A stretch of DNA of 64,000 nt from Novosphingobium sp. (GTDB taxonomy: Bacteria > Pseudomonadota > Alphaproteobacteria > Sphingomonadales > Sphingomonadaceae), in the NCBI GenBank assembly GCA_031374105.1, contig JANMNP010000073.1, positions 671-64,670 on the forward strand, written 5' to 3'. The position numbers and the translations under genes were made by a program. The first letter of the stretch is position 1, and the number at the start of each line of letters is the position of its first letter. Under the pieces are notes generated by a model. That model did no database searches, was not told the origin of the DNA, and was given only the letters and a program-made list of their open reading frames with translations. Positions 48,627 through 56,821 of this stretch are shown piece after piece.

Positions 48627-49205
48627 TCACTTCTGAATCTGGTTCATCTCGATCAGGATGCCATCGGGATCGAAGAAGTTGCAGCCCCGAACCCGGATCG
48701 GCGGACCGCCATTGCGCCCGGCATACTCCTGCATCCGCGCCTCGGCAGTAAAGGTCACCCCTGGGATTGATCTGGCCCGCTCGCAGCGGCCATCGACGTC
48801 ATCGGTGTTCATCACGATCACCACCCCGCCCGGCCCCATGCGCTTGGGATAAACGCCCGGATCGGCCAGCGGCGGCGTGGTCCATTCCATCAGCCCGACC
48901 CAGCCAACCCAGGGGTCATTGGCGTTTAGCAGCACCAGTCGCGCTTTGGCCCCCGGCAGTCCGGCGGGCAGCGCCACCCCGCTGGTTTCGACCACCGCAT
49001 CATAGTTGACCTTCATCCCCACCACATCGCGGTAGAGCTTCAGGCTGTTTTCCATGTTGCGGACGATCAGCGTGACCCGCCGGACATCGGTGGGCAGGCG
49101 CTCGGCCGGTGCGGTGACTCCTGGTGCTGCCGGGGCGGTGGACACGTTTTCGGCATTGGCGCAACTGCTCAGCAGCAGGGCGATCAGGGGAACGGCATTC
49201 TTCAT
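48627..49205 (-). CDS. exported VOC-family lipoprotein
   Basis: The lipobox is LIALLLSSC. The VOC pattern follows (RRVTLIVRNMENSLKLYRDVVGM ... FDPDGILIEM). This is the last gene of the minus-strand operon. Confidence 0.75.
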   Translation of the reverse strand: MKNAVPLIALLLSSCANAENVSTAPAAPGVTAPAERLPTDVRRVTLIVRNMENSLKLYRDVVGMKVNYDAVVETSGVALPAGLPGAKARLVLLNANDPWVGWVGLMEWTTPPLADPGVYPKRMGPGGVVIVMNTDDVDGRCERARSIPGVTFTAEARMQEYAGRNGGPPIRVRGCNFFDPDGILIEMNQIQK

Positions 49206-50383
49206 CGGCTTTCCTCCACAGCGCCACTGGCCAGCAGCGCATCAATTCTGGTCTCATCATAGCCAAGCCCCGCCAGCACGGCGCGGGCATCTGCGCCGGG
49301 CAGGGGCAGTCTGGTCGCTCCTCCGGGGCGTTTTCCGTCCATCTCCAGCGGGATGGTCGGCAGGCGTGTTTCGGTGCCATTGTCCAATGTCACTGGCTCC
49401 AGCCCCCCGGTGGCAAGGTGGGGATCTTCGAACAAATCCTCGGGCCGTCCGATCGGGGCAAACGGCATGCCGGTCCCGTCCAGTTTCGCGATCACCTCGG
49501 CGCGGGTCATCCCGGAGATCAGCGCGCGGATGGTGGGCAGGATCCGGTCCCGCGCCAGCACGCGCTGGTTGTTGGCGCGGATGGTTTCGTCTGCCCACAG
49601 GGCATCGAGCGCAAACATCGCGCAGAATTTCTCCCACAGCGCGTCGGTGACAACGCCGATGAACACCGGCTCGTCGCGGGTTTCAAACACGTCATAGATC
49701 GCCCATGCCGAAACCCGCGCGGGCATCGGCGCAGCGGGCTTCCCGGTCACCGCGAACTGCGCCATATGCTGGCCGACCAGATAGGCGGTGGTCTCAAACA
49801 GGCTGGCGACGATCTTCTGCCCAGCCCCTGTGCGGTGGCGCTCCTCCAGGGCGGCAAGAATCCCGATCACTCCAAACATTCCGCCAGCCACGTCAATCAC
49901 GCTTGCTCCCGCACGCAAAGGTTTGCCGGGCGGCCCGGTCATATAGGCCAGCCCGCCCATCATCTGCGCCACCTCGTCCAGCGCGGTGCGCTGTTCGTAT
50001 GGGCCAGGCAGAAAGCCCTTTTCGCTGGCATAGATCAGGCGTGGATTGGCGGCGGACAGCGCCTCATACCCCAGCCCCAGCCGATCGAGCGCGCCGGGGC
50101 GGAAATTCTCCACCACCACATCGGCCCGCGTGCAAAGCTCCTGCGCGATCGTCAGACCCGATGCGGATTTGAGGTTCAGACAGATCGATTGCTTGCCCCG
50201 GTTATACATCGGGAAATAGCCCGCGCCCGAACCCAGCAGCCGCCGGGTCTGATCGCCGCCGATCGGCTCAACCCGGATCACTTCGGCGCCAAGGCCTGTC
50301 AGAATATGACCCACTGTTGGCCCCATCACCATATGGGTAAACTCGATCACCTTGATCCCTGCAAGCGGTGTGGGACCAGTCAT
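49202..50383 (-). CDS. family III CoA-transferase (CaiB/BaiF)
   Basis: The motifs LAGIKVIEFTHMVMGPT, GAEVIRVEP..GD and VVVENFRPG are present, with the overall CaiB/BaiF pattern. Confidence 0.92.
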   Translation of the reverse strand: MTGPTPLAGIKVIEFTHMVMGPTVGHILTGLGAEVIRVEPIGGDQTRRLLGSGAGYFPMYNRGKQSICLNLKSASGLTIAQELCTRADVVVENFRPGALDRLGLGYEALSAANPRLIYASEKGFLPGPYEQRTALDEVAQMMGGLAYMTGPPGKPLRAGASVIDVAGGMFGVIGILAALEERHRTGAGQKIVASLFETTAYLVGQHMAQFAVTGKPAAPMPARVSAWAIYDVFETRDEPVFIGVVTDALWEKFCAMFALDALWADETIRANNQRVLARDRILPTIRALISGMTRAEVIAKLDGTGMPFAPIGRPEDLFEDPHLATGGLEPVTLDNGTETRLPTIPLEMDGKRPGGATRLPLPGADARAVLAGLGYDETRIDALLASGAVEESR

Positions 50384-51291
50384 CGTGCCAGCCTTTCGTG
50401 ATAGTCCAGCATCGGCCCGGCATCGGGGGTGAAGCCATACAGCGGCTCACCCGGCAGAGCCGCTTCCAGGATTTTGCGCACTTCCAGCAGCCGGTCCAGA
50501 TCAATCCCGGTTTCAAGCCCCATGGCATTGAGCATCAGCACCAGATCCTCGGTCACCAGATTGCCCGAAGCGCCCGGCGCATAGGGGCACCCGCCCAATC
50601 CGCCGAGCGAGGCATCAAGCGTGGTGATCCCCTCATTCAGCCCCGCCAGTGCATTAGCAAGGCCCAGGCCACGGGTGTTGTGGAGGTGCAGCGTGGTAAG
50701 CTTGTCTCCCACCGCGCCGCGCACCTTGCGGATCAGCCGTTTGACCTGCGCGGGATCGGCATAGCCGGTGGTGTCTGACAGGCTGAATTCCTGCGCCCCA
50801 GCCTCGGCAGCAGCAGCGGCAAGGCGCACCACTTGTTCCTCGCTTACTGCGCCCTCAATAGTGCAGCCAAAGGCGGTCGATAGCCCCACCGCGAAATGGA
50901 CCCCTGCGGCTGCTGCGATCTGCGCCACCGCCGCGATCTCGGCCAGCATCGCGGGATGGTCCATCCGGACATTGCGCAGCGAGTGGGTTTCGCTCATCGA
51001 AAAGGGAATGCTCATTCCGTGAACTCCTGCCTTCACCGCCCGCGCCGCGCCTTTGGCATTGGGAACCAGCGCCACGACGTTAAGTCCGGGAATCTCCCGC
51101 GCAAAGGCGACCAGTTCGGGCGTGTCGGCCATCTGCGGCAACAGGCTGGCCGGCACGAAGCTGCCCACCTCAATCTCCGGCACGCCCGCCGCAGCCTCTG
51201 CCGCGATCCACGCTTTCTTGGCCTCCAGCGGCATCACCCGGCTGATCGATTGCAACCCGTCACGCGGGCCGACTTCGGAAATGAGGATCAT
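50380..51291 (-). CDS. hydroxymethylglutaryl-CoA lyase-like (DRE-TIM metallolyase)
   Basis: The motifs EVGPRDGLQ, LHLHNTRGLGLANALAG and GGLGGCPYAPGASGN are HMGL-like signatures. The start ATG overlaps the stop of the upstream chimeric ORF (ATGA). Confidence 0.92.
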   Translation of the reverse strand: MILISEVGPRDGLQSISRVMPLEAKKAWIAAEAAAGVPEIEVGSFVPASLLPQMADTPELVAFAREIPGLNVVALVPNAKGAARAVKAGVHGMSIPFSMSETHSLRNVRMDHPAMLAEIAAVAQIAAAAGVHFAVGLSTAFGCTIEGAVSEEQVVRLAAAAAEAGAQEFSLSDTTGYADPAQVKRLIRKVRGAVGDKLTTLHLHNTRGLGLANALAGLNEGITTLDASLGGLGGCPYAPGASGNLVTEDLVLMLNAMGLETGIDLDRLLEVRKILEAALPGEPLYGFTPDAGPMLDYHERLAR

Positions 51292-51674
51292 AGTTCCTCT
51301 CCAATCACGGATTGGGGAGGGGGACCGTCCGAAGGACGGTGGTGGGGTATGCGGCTGCTCGCCGCAGCAACGATCCGCTCCACTACACTTTCCATATTCC
51401 TCATCACGTCAGTCGCCCCAATCCGCAAAGTCGCGACACCAGCCTTGGCCATGAACGCATCGCGTGCCAGATCGTGCGCGGGATTATCACCCATATCATG
51501 CGCAATTCCATCAACCTCAATGCAAAGTCTGGCGGCTGCGCAGTAGAAGTCGAGCACGAATCGGTCTGCCGGATGCTGCCGACGGAATTTCAGTCCGCCC
51601 GGCCGTTTTCGCAGTTCGGTCCATAGCATCGCCTCGGGCATCGACATTGATCGGCGGAGTGACCGGGCGCGCAT
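51288..51674 (-). CDS. DUF559 (Vsr/restriction-endonuclease-like fold) protein, internal ATG at 51674
   Basis: 128 aa. MPEAMLWTELRKRPGGLKFRRQHPADRFVLDFYCAAARLCIEVDGIAHD...D..RDAFMAKAGVATLRI matches the DUF559 pattern as I remember it. The C-terminal PHHRPSDGPPPQSVIGEEL is a translation of the element arm. Confidence 0.8.
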   Translation of the reverse strand: MRARSLRRSMSMPEAMLWTELRKRPGGLKFRRQHPADRFVLDFYCAAARLCIEVDGIAHDMGDNPAHDLARDAFMAKAGVATLRIGATDVMRNMESVVERIVAAASSRIPHHRPSDGPPPQSVIGEEL

Positions 51675-52355
51675 TACGGAAGAGTTGGTGCGGGGGGGGA
51701 GGCGGGATACCCCTCCACCGCTCTTCGAGCGGTCCCCCTCCCCAGCCTGCGGCTGGGGAGGATTGAGATATACCCATGGTCGCAGCTGCCTGTCTGCTGC
51801 GGTCCATACGGCGATGGCTTGGCCGGATTTGAGGGTCAGGTCGATCACATCCAGCCCTTCGAGCAGCATGGCTTTCGCCTCTGCGTCCAGGGTAAAGTGA
51901 TAGGCTTCAGCACCGGCGCGCACCTCTTGCGCGGCAAGATCGACGGTGACGATCTGCCACTGCATCGCTGCAATCGCAGCGCGCGGCAGTTCAACAGGCA
52001 ACAACCCGTTGCGAATGCAATTGGCGCGAAAGATTGGGGCGAAGCTCTCCGCGACGATGCAGGTGATGCCATATTCCCTGAGCGCCCAGACCGCGTGTTC
52101 ACGGCTCGATCCGCAGCCGAAATTTGCCCCGCCCAGCAACAGGCTGGCACCCGCGGCATCGCGCTGGTTGAGCGCAAAGGCGGGGTCGGCGATCCGCTGA
52201 TCGGCATTGCTGTAGCGCCATGGAGCGAACAGACCGTCCGCCAGCCCAGTCCTCCCGGTGGAGCGCATTTCGCGGCTGGGGATGATCGTGTCGGTATCGA
52301 TGTTGTCGAGCAACAGCGGCACCGCGACTGAGGTGAGGGTGGTGAAGGGGGTCAT
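51288..52355 (-). CDS. LeuD-like aconitase-family small subunit (homology 51765-52355) whose frame runs on without a stop through the inserted element to 51288
   Basis: The first 197 aa carry the LeuD pattern (DNIDTDTIIP, GANFGCGSSREHAVWAL, GITCIVAESFAPIF..N). After ...RPWVYL the frame continues into the arm translation (NPPQPQAGEGDRSKSGGG) and the DUF559 ORF, giving 355 codons in total. Confidence 0.8.
   Translation of the reverse strand: MTPFTTLTSVAVPLLLDNIDTDTIIPSREMRSTGRTGLADGLFAPWRYSNADQRIADPAFALNQRDAAGASLLLGGANFGCGSSREHAVWALREYGITCIVAESFAPIFRANCIRNGLLPVELPRAAIAAMQWQIVTVDLAAQEVRAGAEAYHFTLDAEAKAMLLEGLDVIDLTLKSGQAIAVWTAADRQLRPWVYLNPPQPQAGEGDRSKSGGGVSRLPPRTNSSVMRARSLRRSMSMPEAMLWTELRKRPGGLKFRRQHPADRFVLDFYCAAARLCIEVDGIAHDMGDNPAHDLARDAFMAKAGVATLRIGATDVMRNMESVVERIVAAASSRIPHHRPSDGPPPQSVIGEEL
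51295..51762. mobile_element. full-length inverted-arm element carrying a DUF559/Vsr-like endonuclease ORF (~468 bp)
   Basis: The outer ends are TCCTCTCC (51295-51302) and GGGGAGGA (51755-51762). One arm is GGGGAGGGGGACCGTCCGAAGGACGGTGGTGGGG (51314-51347). The other arm is CCCCTCCACCGCTCTTCGAGCGGTCCCCCTCCCC (51710-51743). The DUF559-like ORF lies between the arms. Confidence 0.7.
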
Positions 52356-53719
52356 GCCGATGCCACCTTGCGCGGATCGGCGATGCAGCCTGCCAGCGCG
52401 CTGGCGGCGACGGTTTCGGGGCTAGCGATATGCGTGCGGATGCCGGGGCCCTGGCGGCCTTCGAAATTACGGTTGGTGCTGCTGATCGTGCGGCTGCCCG
52501 GCGCGAACCCTTCGCCGCCAGCATAGAAGCATAGCGAGCAGCCGCTCATCCGCCATTCGAATCCGGCGGCGATGAATATCTGGTCCAGCCCTTCGGCCTC
52601 AGCCGCGCGCTTTACCGCAGAGCTGCCGGGGACGACCAGCGCCTTGGTTATCCCCGGCGCAATACGGCGGCCTTTGAGGATCGCGGCGGCGCGGCGCAAA
52701 TCGGACAAGCGGCTATTGGTGCAGCTGCCAATAAAGGCGGCGTCAATGGGCGTTCCGGCAATGCGCTGGCCTGCCTCCAGGGCGATATAGTCATGCGCGC
52801 GCTGCGGCCCTTGCGGGATCCGGGCATCGACTGCGATACTCTGTTCGGGGCTGGTTCCCCAGCTGACCATCGGCGCGACGCTTGCGGCATCGATGGTGAT
52901 CTCACGATCAAACACCGCATCTGCATTGCTGTGCAGGCTGGCCCAATAGGGCGCGTCGAAACGGGCGGGTGCATAGCGCCGCCCAGCCAGATAGGCGAAG
53001 GCCTTAGCATCTGGCGCGATGATCGCCGTCATCGCCGAAAATTCGGTCGCCATGTTGCACAAGCTCATCCGCGCTTCCATGTCGAGCGCGCTGACAGCAT
53101 CTCCGGCAAATTCCACCACATGCCCAGCGCCGCCGCCCGCGCCGTGGCGGGCGATCAGCGTCAGCGCCATGTCCTTTGCGGTAACTCCGCTGGCTAGCGT
53201 TCCGGTAAAACTCACCCGCATGGTCTGCGGCCGCGCCAGCCGCAGCGTGCCGGTGGCCATGGCGTGTTCGGCCTCGCTCGAACCGATCCCCCAGGCCAGC
53301 GCGCCAAACGCTCCTTGAGTGCAGGTGTGACTATCGGGCGCAACTAGGGTGAGCCCCGGCAGCACGATGCCAAGTTCCGGCGAGATCACATGGACAATGC
53401 CCTGATCGCGGTCATTCACATCAAACAGCGTCAGCCCGGCGGCCTGCGCTGCGGAGCGGGTTTCGGTGATGAAGGCCTGCCCGCCCGCCATCAGCGTCTG
53501 ATCACCTCTTCCAGTACGGGTGTCGACAATATGATCCATCACCGCAAACACCCGCGCGGGATCGATCACTGGGCGGCCCGCTGCCGACATGCTATTCAAC
53601 GCTGCGGCCCCAGTGCGCTCATGCAGGAACACCCGGTCAATCGCGATCAGGCTTATCCCCGCTGCCGGATCGGCAACGCGATGGCTTTCCCAGATCTTGT
53701 CAAACAGCGTCTTCGCCAT
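52352..53719 (-). CDS. LeuC-like aconitase-family large subunit (divergent paralogue, probably not the leucine-pathway enzyme)
   Basis: The motifs MAKTLFDKIWESH, DSHTCTQGAFGALAWGIGSSE, GSCTNSRLSDLR and STNRNFEGRQG are present. Canonical LeuC motifs are altered: HEVTSPQAF becomes HERTGAAAL, and CLGMNPD becomes CFYAGGE. Confidence 0.88.
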   Translation of the reverse strand: MAKTLFDKIWESHRVADPAAGISLIAIDRVFLHERTGAAALNSMSAAGRPVIDPARVFAVMDHIVDTRTGRGDQTLMAGGQAFITETRSAAQAAGLTLFDVNDRDQGIVHVISPELGIVLPGLTLVAPDSHTCTQGAFGALAWGIGSSEAEHAMATGTLRLARPQTMRVSFTGTLASGVTAKDMALTLIARHGAGGGAGHVVEFAGDAVSALDMEARMSLCNMATEFSAMTAIIAPDAKAFAYLAGRRYAPARFDAPYWASLHSNADAVFDREITIDAASVAPMVSWGTSPEQSIAVDARIPQGPQRAHDYIALEAGQRIAGTPIDAAFIGSCTNSRLSDLRRAAAILKGRRIAPGITKALVVPGSSAVKRAAEAEGLDQIFIAAGFEWRMSGCSLCFYAGGEGFAPGSRTISSTNRNFEGRQGPGIRTHIASPETVAASALAGCIADPRKVASA

Positions 53720-53801
53720 TGGGCTGCCCTATCTTGCTAGCCTGCGCCAGTCGCGCGCAACCAGCATTTCGAGAAGTGCCGTTCGGATTGCAGCCAGGCC
53801 A

Positions 53802-55184
53802 TCATGGATCGACAAAACTCTCTCCATCAGCTTTGGTCAGTGCTTGCGCAAAAGCAAGTGCAGAGCGCGCCTGAAGCAAGGCGAGATGTTCAAGGGCGAG
53901 GCGATCGGGGGCAAGGGCTGCTGGATCGAAGTTGCGCGCATTGCTAGGGCCAGCAGCATACCACGGCTCGAAGAAATGCCGGGCACGGACGATTGCCCAT
54001 GCCTTGGTCAAATGACTGCCGAAGCGATCAGGCGTGAAACTTGGGAACAATTGGCCCGGATCGCCCTGCGGCGCATTTTCATGGTGCACGGCGATGAAGC
54101 CGCGCTGGCTGCAGGCCGCTTCGAACACATCGCGCCAGGGTTGCCATTCGGTTGGCGCTGCGCCTTGCCAGTTATCGGAAAGCCCGTGCCCCGGCGGATC
54201 AAACGCAGCGCCATTAATCAGCGCGGCAGAGCGCCCCGGCGCGGGAATGGTCACCGCAGTCGCGCTATCGCGGCCATGCCAATGGATCAGGCCGTCGAAC
54301 TGATCGGTCTGGATATGCATGAAGCCCTGATCCGGGTCTTCGGAAAGCGGCGCGCAGGGATCGGATTCCAGGCTGCGCAAGAACGACAGGCTCTCAGCCA
54401 GATGCTCTGCTGGTGTCGCCACTTTGAAGGCCAACCAGTTCGCCGGCATCGCGCCCAAACGGTCTATATGCGCCTGAAGTGGATCGGAATCATAGGCAGT
54501 TATCAAGACTGGCGGCGTGATGCTATCGGGGGGCGGCACATCGCGCGGCGCCTGCAGCACCGCAGCATAGCCCAGCCGGAAGGAATCCCCCGCATCGAGG
54601 ATTTCCATCATGATATCCTGAACCCGCGCCGGATCATCATGCGCAGATGTCAGCCGGGTTTCGGGCCGGGTGTCATACCAAGGGAAGAACCAGCTTTGCT
54701 CCAGAATCCGGTTCCAGCCCCAGATCAGATGCTCGCCATAGGGCAGGGGCAGGAACGGCGGGGTATAGTTTTCGCCAAAGGCCTTGCTCTCGGCTTCGGT
54801 CCAGACGGCATAGCCGCCGGCCGCAATCCCGGTGAACAGCGCCGGATGGCGTTTCAGCGCAGTAATCAGAATGATCGCGCCCGAATGGAAGCCATAGGCA
54901 GGCACACGATCAAGCCCCACCGCAGACACAAATTCCGCCAAGGCATCGGCATAGTCATTGATGTCAGGAGTGGCCTTGGCAAGCGGCTGAGATTGGCCGA
55001 AGCCGGGGGTATCGGGCGCGATGCAAGTGAAATGCGCGCCCCATTGCTGCATCAGCTCTTGATACTCAGCCGAAGAGCGCGGGCTTTGGTGCACCATCAG
55101 CAGTGGCGGACCTTTGCCCGCTCTGCGATAATGGACGCGGCGGCCATTGATCGTCAGATAGTGACGTGAGACGGTAATAGGCAT
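53802..55184 (-). CDS. alpha/beta-hydrolase-fold protein with an extra ~190-aa C-terminal domain
   Basis: The start is at ATG 55184 (MPITVSRHYLTINGRRVHYRRAGKGPPLLMVHQSPRSS...DTPGFGQS). The nucleophile-elbow context is AYGFHSGAI. The C-terminal half has no recognised family. Confidence 0.8.
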   Translation of the reverse strand: MPITVSRHYLTINGRRVHYRRAGKGPPLLMVHQSPRSSAEYQELMQQWGAHFTCIAPDTPGFGQSQPLAKATPDINDYADALAEFVSAVGLDRVPAYGFHSGAIILITALKRHPALFTGIAAGGYAVWTEAESKAFGENYTPPFLPLPYGEHLIWGWNRILEQSWFFPWYDTRPETRLTSAHDDPARVQDIMMEILDAGDSFRLGYAAVLQAPRDVPPPDSITPPVLITAYDSDPLQAHIDRLGAMPANWLAFKVATPAEHLAESLSFLRSLESDPCAPLSEDPDQGFMHIQTDQFDGLIHWHGRDSATAVTIPAPGRSAALINGAAFDPPGHGLSDNWQGAAPTEWQPWRDVFEAACSQRGFIAVHHENAPQGDPGQLFPSFTPDRFGSHLTKAWAIVRARHFFEPWYAAGPSNARNFDPAALAPDRLALEHLALLQARSALAFAQALTKADGESFVDP

Positions 55185-55185
55185 G

Positions 55186-55203
55186 AATTTGTCCGGACAA
55201 ATT
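55186..55203. promoter_or_regulatory. palindromic operator candidate AATTTGTCCGGACAAATT
   Basis: A perfect 18-bp palindrome sits in the 78-bp gap between divergent genes. It lies 2 nt from the ATG of the 55184 gene and 60 nt from ATG 55263. The core is identical to the site at 46164-46179. Confidence 0.6.
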
Positions 55204-55262
55204 TCGCTCGACAAGGCAATAGTCCGGCGGCAAAGTCTGCGCAAGCGAGGGAGTTCGAATTA

Positions 55263-55943
55263 ATGCATTTGCTCGGCACGCGGATGGTCAGCGATGGGAA
55301 GACCGCCCGGCAGATCTTTGACGCGGTGATGGCCAATCCGGCGCGCAAGAAGTTTGGCTTCGGGCAGAAGCTGGCGGTGGTGAATGTCGATTTCCAGCAG
55401 GCCTATACCGCGATCGACAAATTTGCGACCGCCTATGAAACTGACCCGCGCCAGATCGAATATGTAAATACTATCAGTGCCTTGGCGCGGAGCCACGGCA
55501 TGCCGGTGATCTGGACACGGGTGGCCTATAAGGGCGATGCGGGAGACGCCGGGATCTGGGGCACCCGCACCAATACGCCCGACAGCTTGCAGAACATCAA
55601 ATATGACAGCGAGCGGCACCAGTATGATCCGCGGGTCGAAATAGGCGTGGATGATCTGCAATATACCAAGCGGATGCCATCGGCCTTTTTTGAAACCCAG
55701 CTAGCCAGCTACCTCAATTGGCACAAGGTCGATACGGTGGTGGTGACCGGTGGTTCTACCTCTGGCTGCGTCCGCGCCACTGCGGTTGATTCGCTCAGCC
55801 ACGGCTATCGCACCATAGTCCCGATCGAAACCTGCGCTGACAAGCATGAGAGCTATCACTTCGCCAATCTGACCGATCTTCAGCTGAAATATGCCGACGT
55901 TGAGCCTGTTCAGGCGGTAATCGATTGGTTCGCTGCGCGATGA
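55263..55943 (+). CDS. isochorismatase-family cysteine hydrolase (amidase-like)
   Basis: The context of the D/K/C triad is VVNVDFQ, KRMPSAFF and VVVTGGSTSGCVRATAVD. An alternative start lies at 55284. Confidence 0.88.
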   Translation: MHLLGTRMVSDGKTARQIFDAVMANPARKKFGFGQKLAVVNVDFQQAYTAIDKFATAYETDPRQIEYVNTISALARSHGMPVIWTRVAYKGDAGDAGIWGTRTNTPDSLQNIKYDSERHQYDPRVEIGVDDLQYTKRMPSAFFETQLASYLNWHKVDTVVVTGGSTSGCVRATAVDSLSHGYRTIVPIETCADKHESYHFANLTDLQLKYADVEPVQAVIDWFAAR

Positions 55944-56821
55944 ACGAAGGCGCACCCGACCCGGGCCTTTATGATTACGTCCCCTATCGCGGACGCCCGA
56001 AAATAACCTGGCCGGGCGGCAAAACCGTGGCAGTGTGGGTTGCTCCCAATCTTGAGTTTTACGAGATTGATCCGCCCGCCCATCCCAGCCGCAAGGCTTG
56101 GGCCCGTCCGCATCCCGATGTTGTCGGATATGGCCACCGTGACCACTCCAACCGCGTCTCGCACTGGCGGATGGCCGATGTTATGTTGAGGCATGGCTTC
56201 CCCGGCTCAGTCAGCCTGTCGGTCGCACTGTGTCAGCACCACCCGGAAGTCGTCGCCGATGCCAATGCGCGCGGCTGGGAGTTTTTCAGCCACGGCATTT
56301 ACAACACCCGCTATGCTTATGGGATGGATGAGGCCCAGGAGCGCGCGATAATCGCGGATTCTATCCGCACCGTGCGCGAGGCCACCGGGCAGACGATCCG
56401 CGGCTGGCTCGCCCCCGCGCTGACCCATACCCCGCGCACGCTTGATCTGATTGCCGAGGCCGGCCTCGATTACACCTGCGATCTTTATCACGACGATCAG
56501 GTGCAGGATGTCAAAGTCGCCAGCAGACGGCTCGCCTCAATCCCCTATAGCCTTGAGGTCAATGATCATTACGGCTTCTTCGTCTATAATATGTCGGGCC
56601 GCGAATATGCCGATACGCTGGTTCGGCAGTATGAGCGGCTGGCGGCTGAGGGCGAAAATTCCGGCACGGTCATGTGTATTCCGCTCCATGCCTATCTGAT
56701 CGGCCAGCCGCACCGGATCGGCCCGTTTGAAGAGGCGCTGCGCCATATTGCCGCCGATGGCCGGGCATGGATTGCGCGGGCCGGAGAAATTGTTGACGCC
56801 TGGCGGGGGCAAACGGCATGA
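55940..56821 (+). CDS. polysaccharide-deacetylase-fold protein, PuuE/allantoinase-like (paralogue 1)
   Basis: The motifs YVPYRGRPKITWPGGKTVAVWVAPNLEFYE, YGHRDHSNRVSHWRM and IPLHAYLIGQPHRIGPFEEAL follow the PuuE-type pattern from memory. An ATGA overlap couples it to the previous gene. Confidence 0.85.
   Translation: MNEGAPDPGLYDYVPYRGRPKITWPGGKTVAVWVAPNLEFYEIDPPAHPSRKAWARPHPDVVGYGHRDHSNRVSHWRMADVMLRHGFPGSVSLSVALCQHHPEVVADANARGWEFFSHGIYNTRYAYGMDEAQERAIIADSIRTVREATGQTIRGWLAPALTHTPRTLDLIAEAGLDYTCDLYHDDQVQDVKVASRRLASIPYSLEVNDHYGFFVYNMSGREYADTLVRQYERLAAEGENSGTVMCIPLHAYLIGQPHRIGPFEEALRHIAADGRAWIARAGEIVDAWRGQTA

Noticed and set aside
52352-53719. Calling 52352-53719 and 51765-52355 the housekeeping leuC/leuD
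   Set aside because: The substrate-region motifs diverge from canonical LeuC. The genes sit in an operon with CoA-transferase, HMGL-like, hydrolase and VOC genes, and no leuA or leuB is adjacent. I therefore annotate them as LeuCD-like paralogues without gene symbols.
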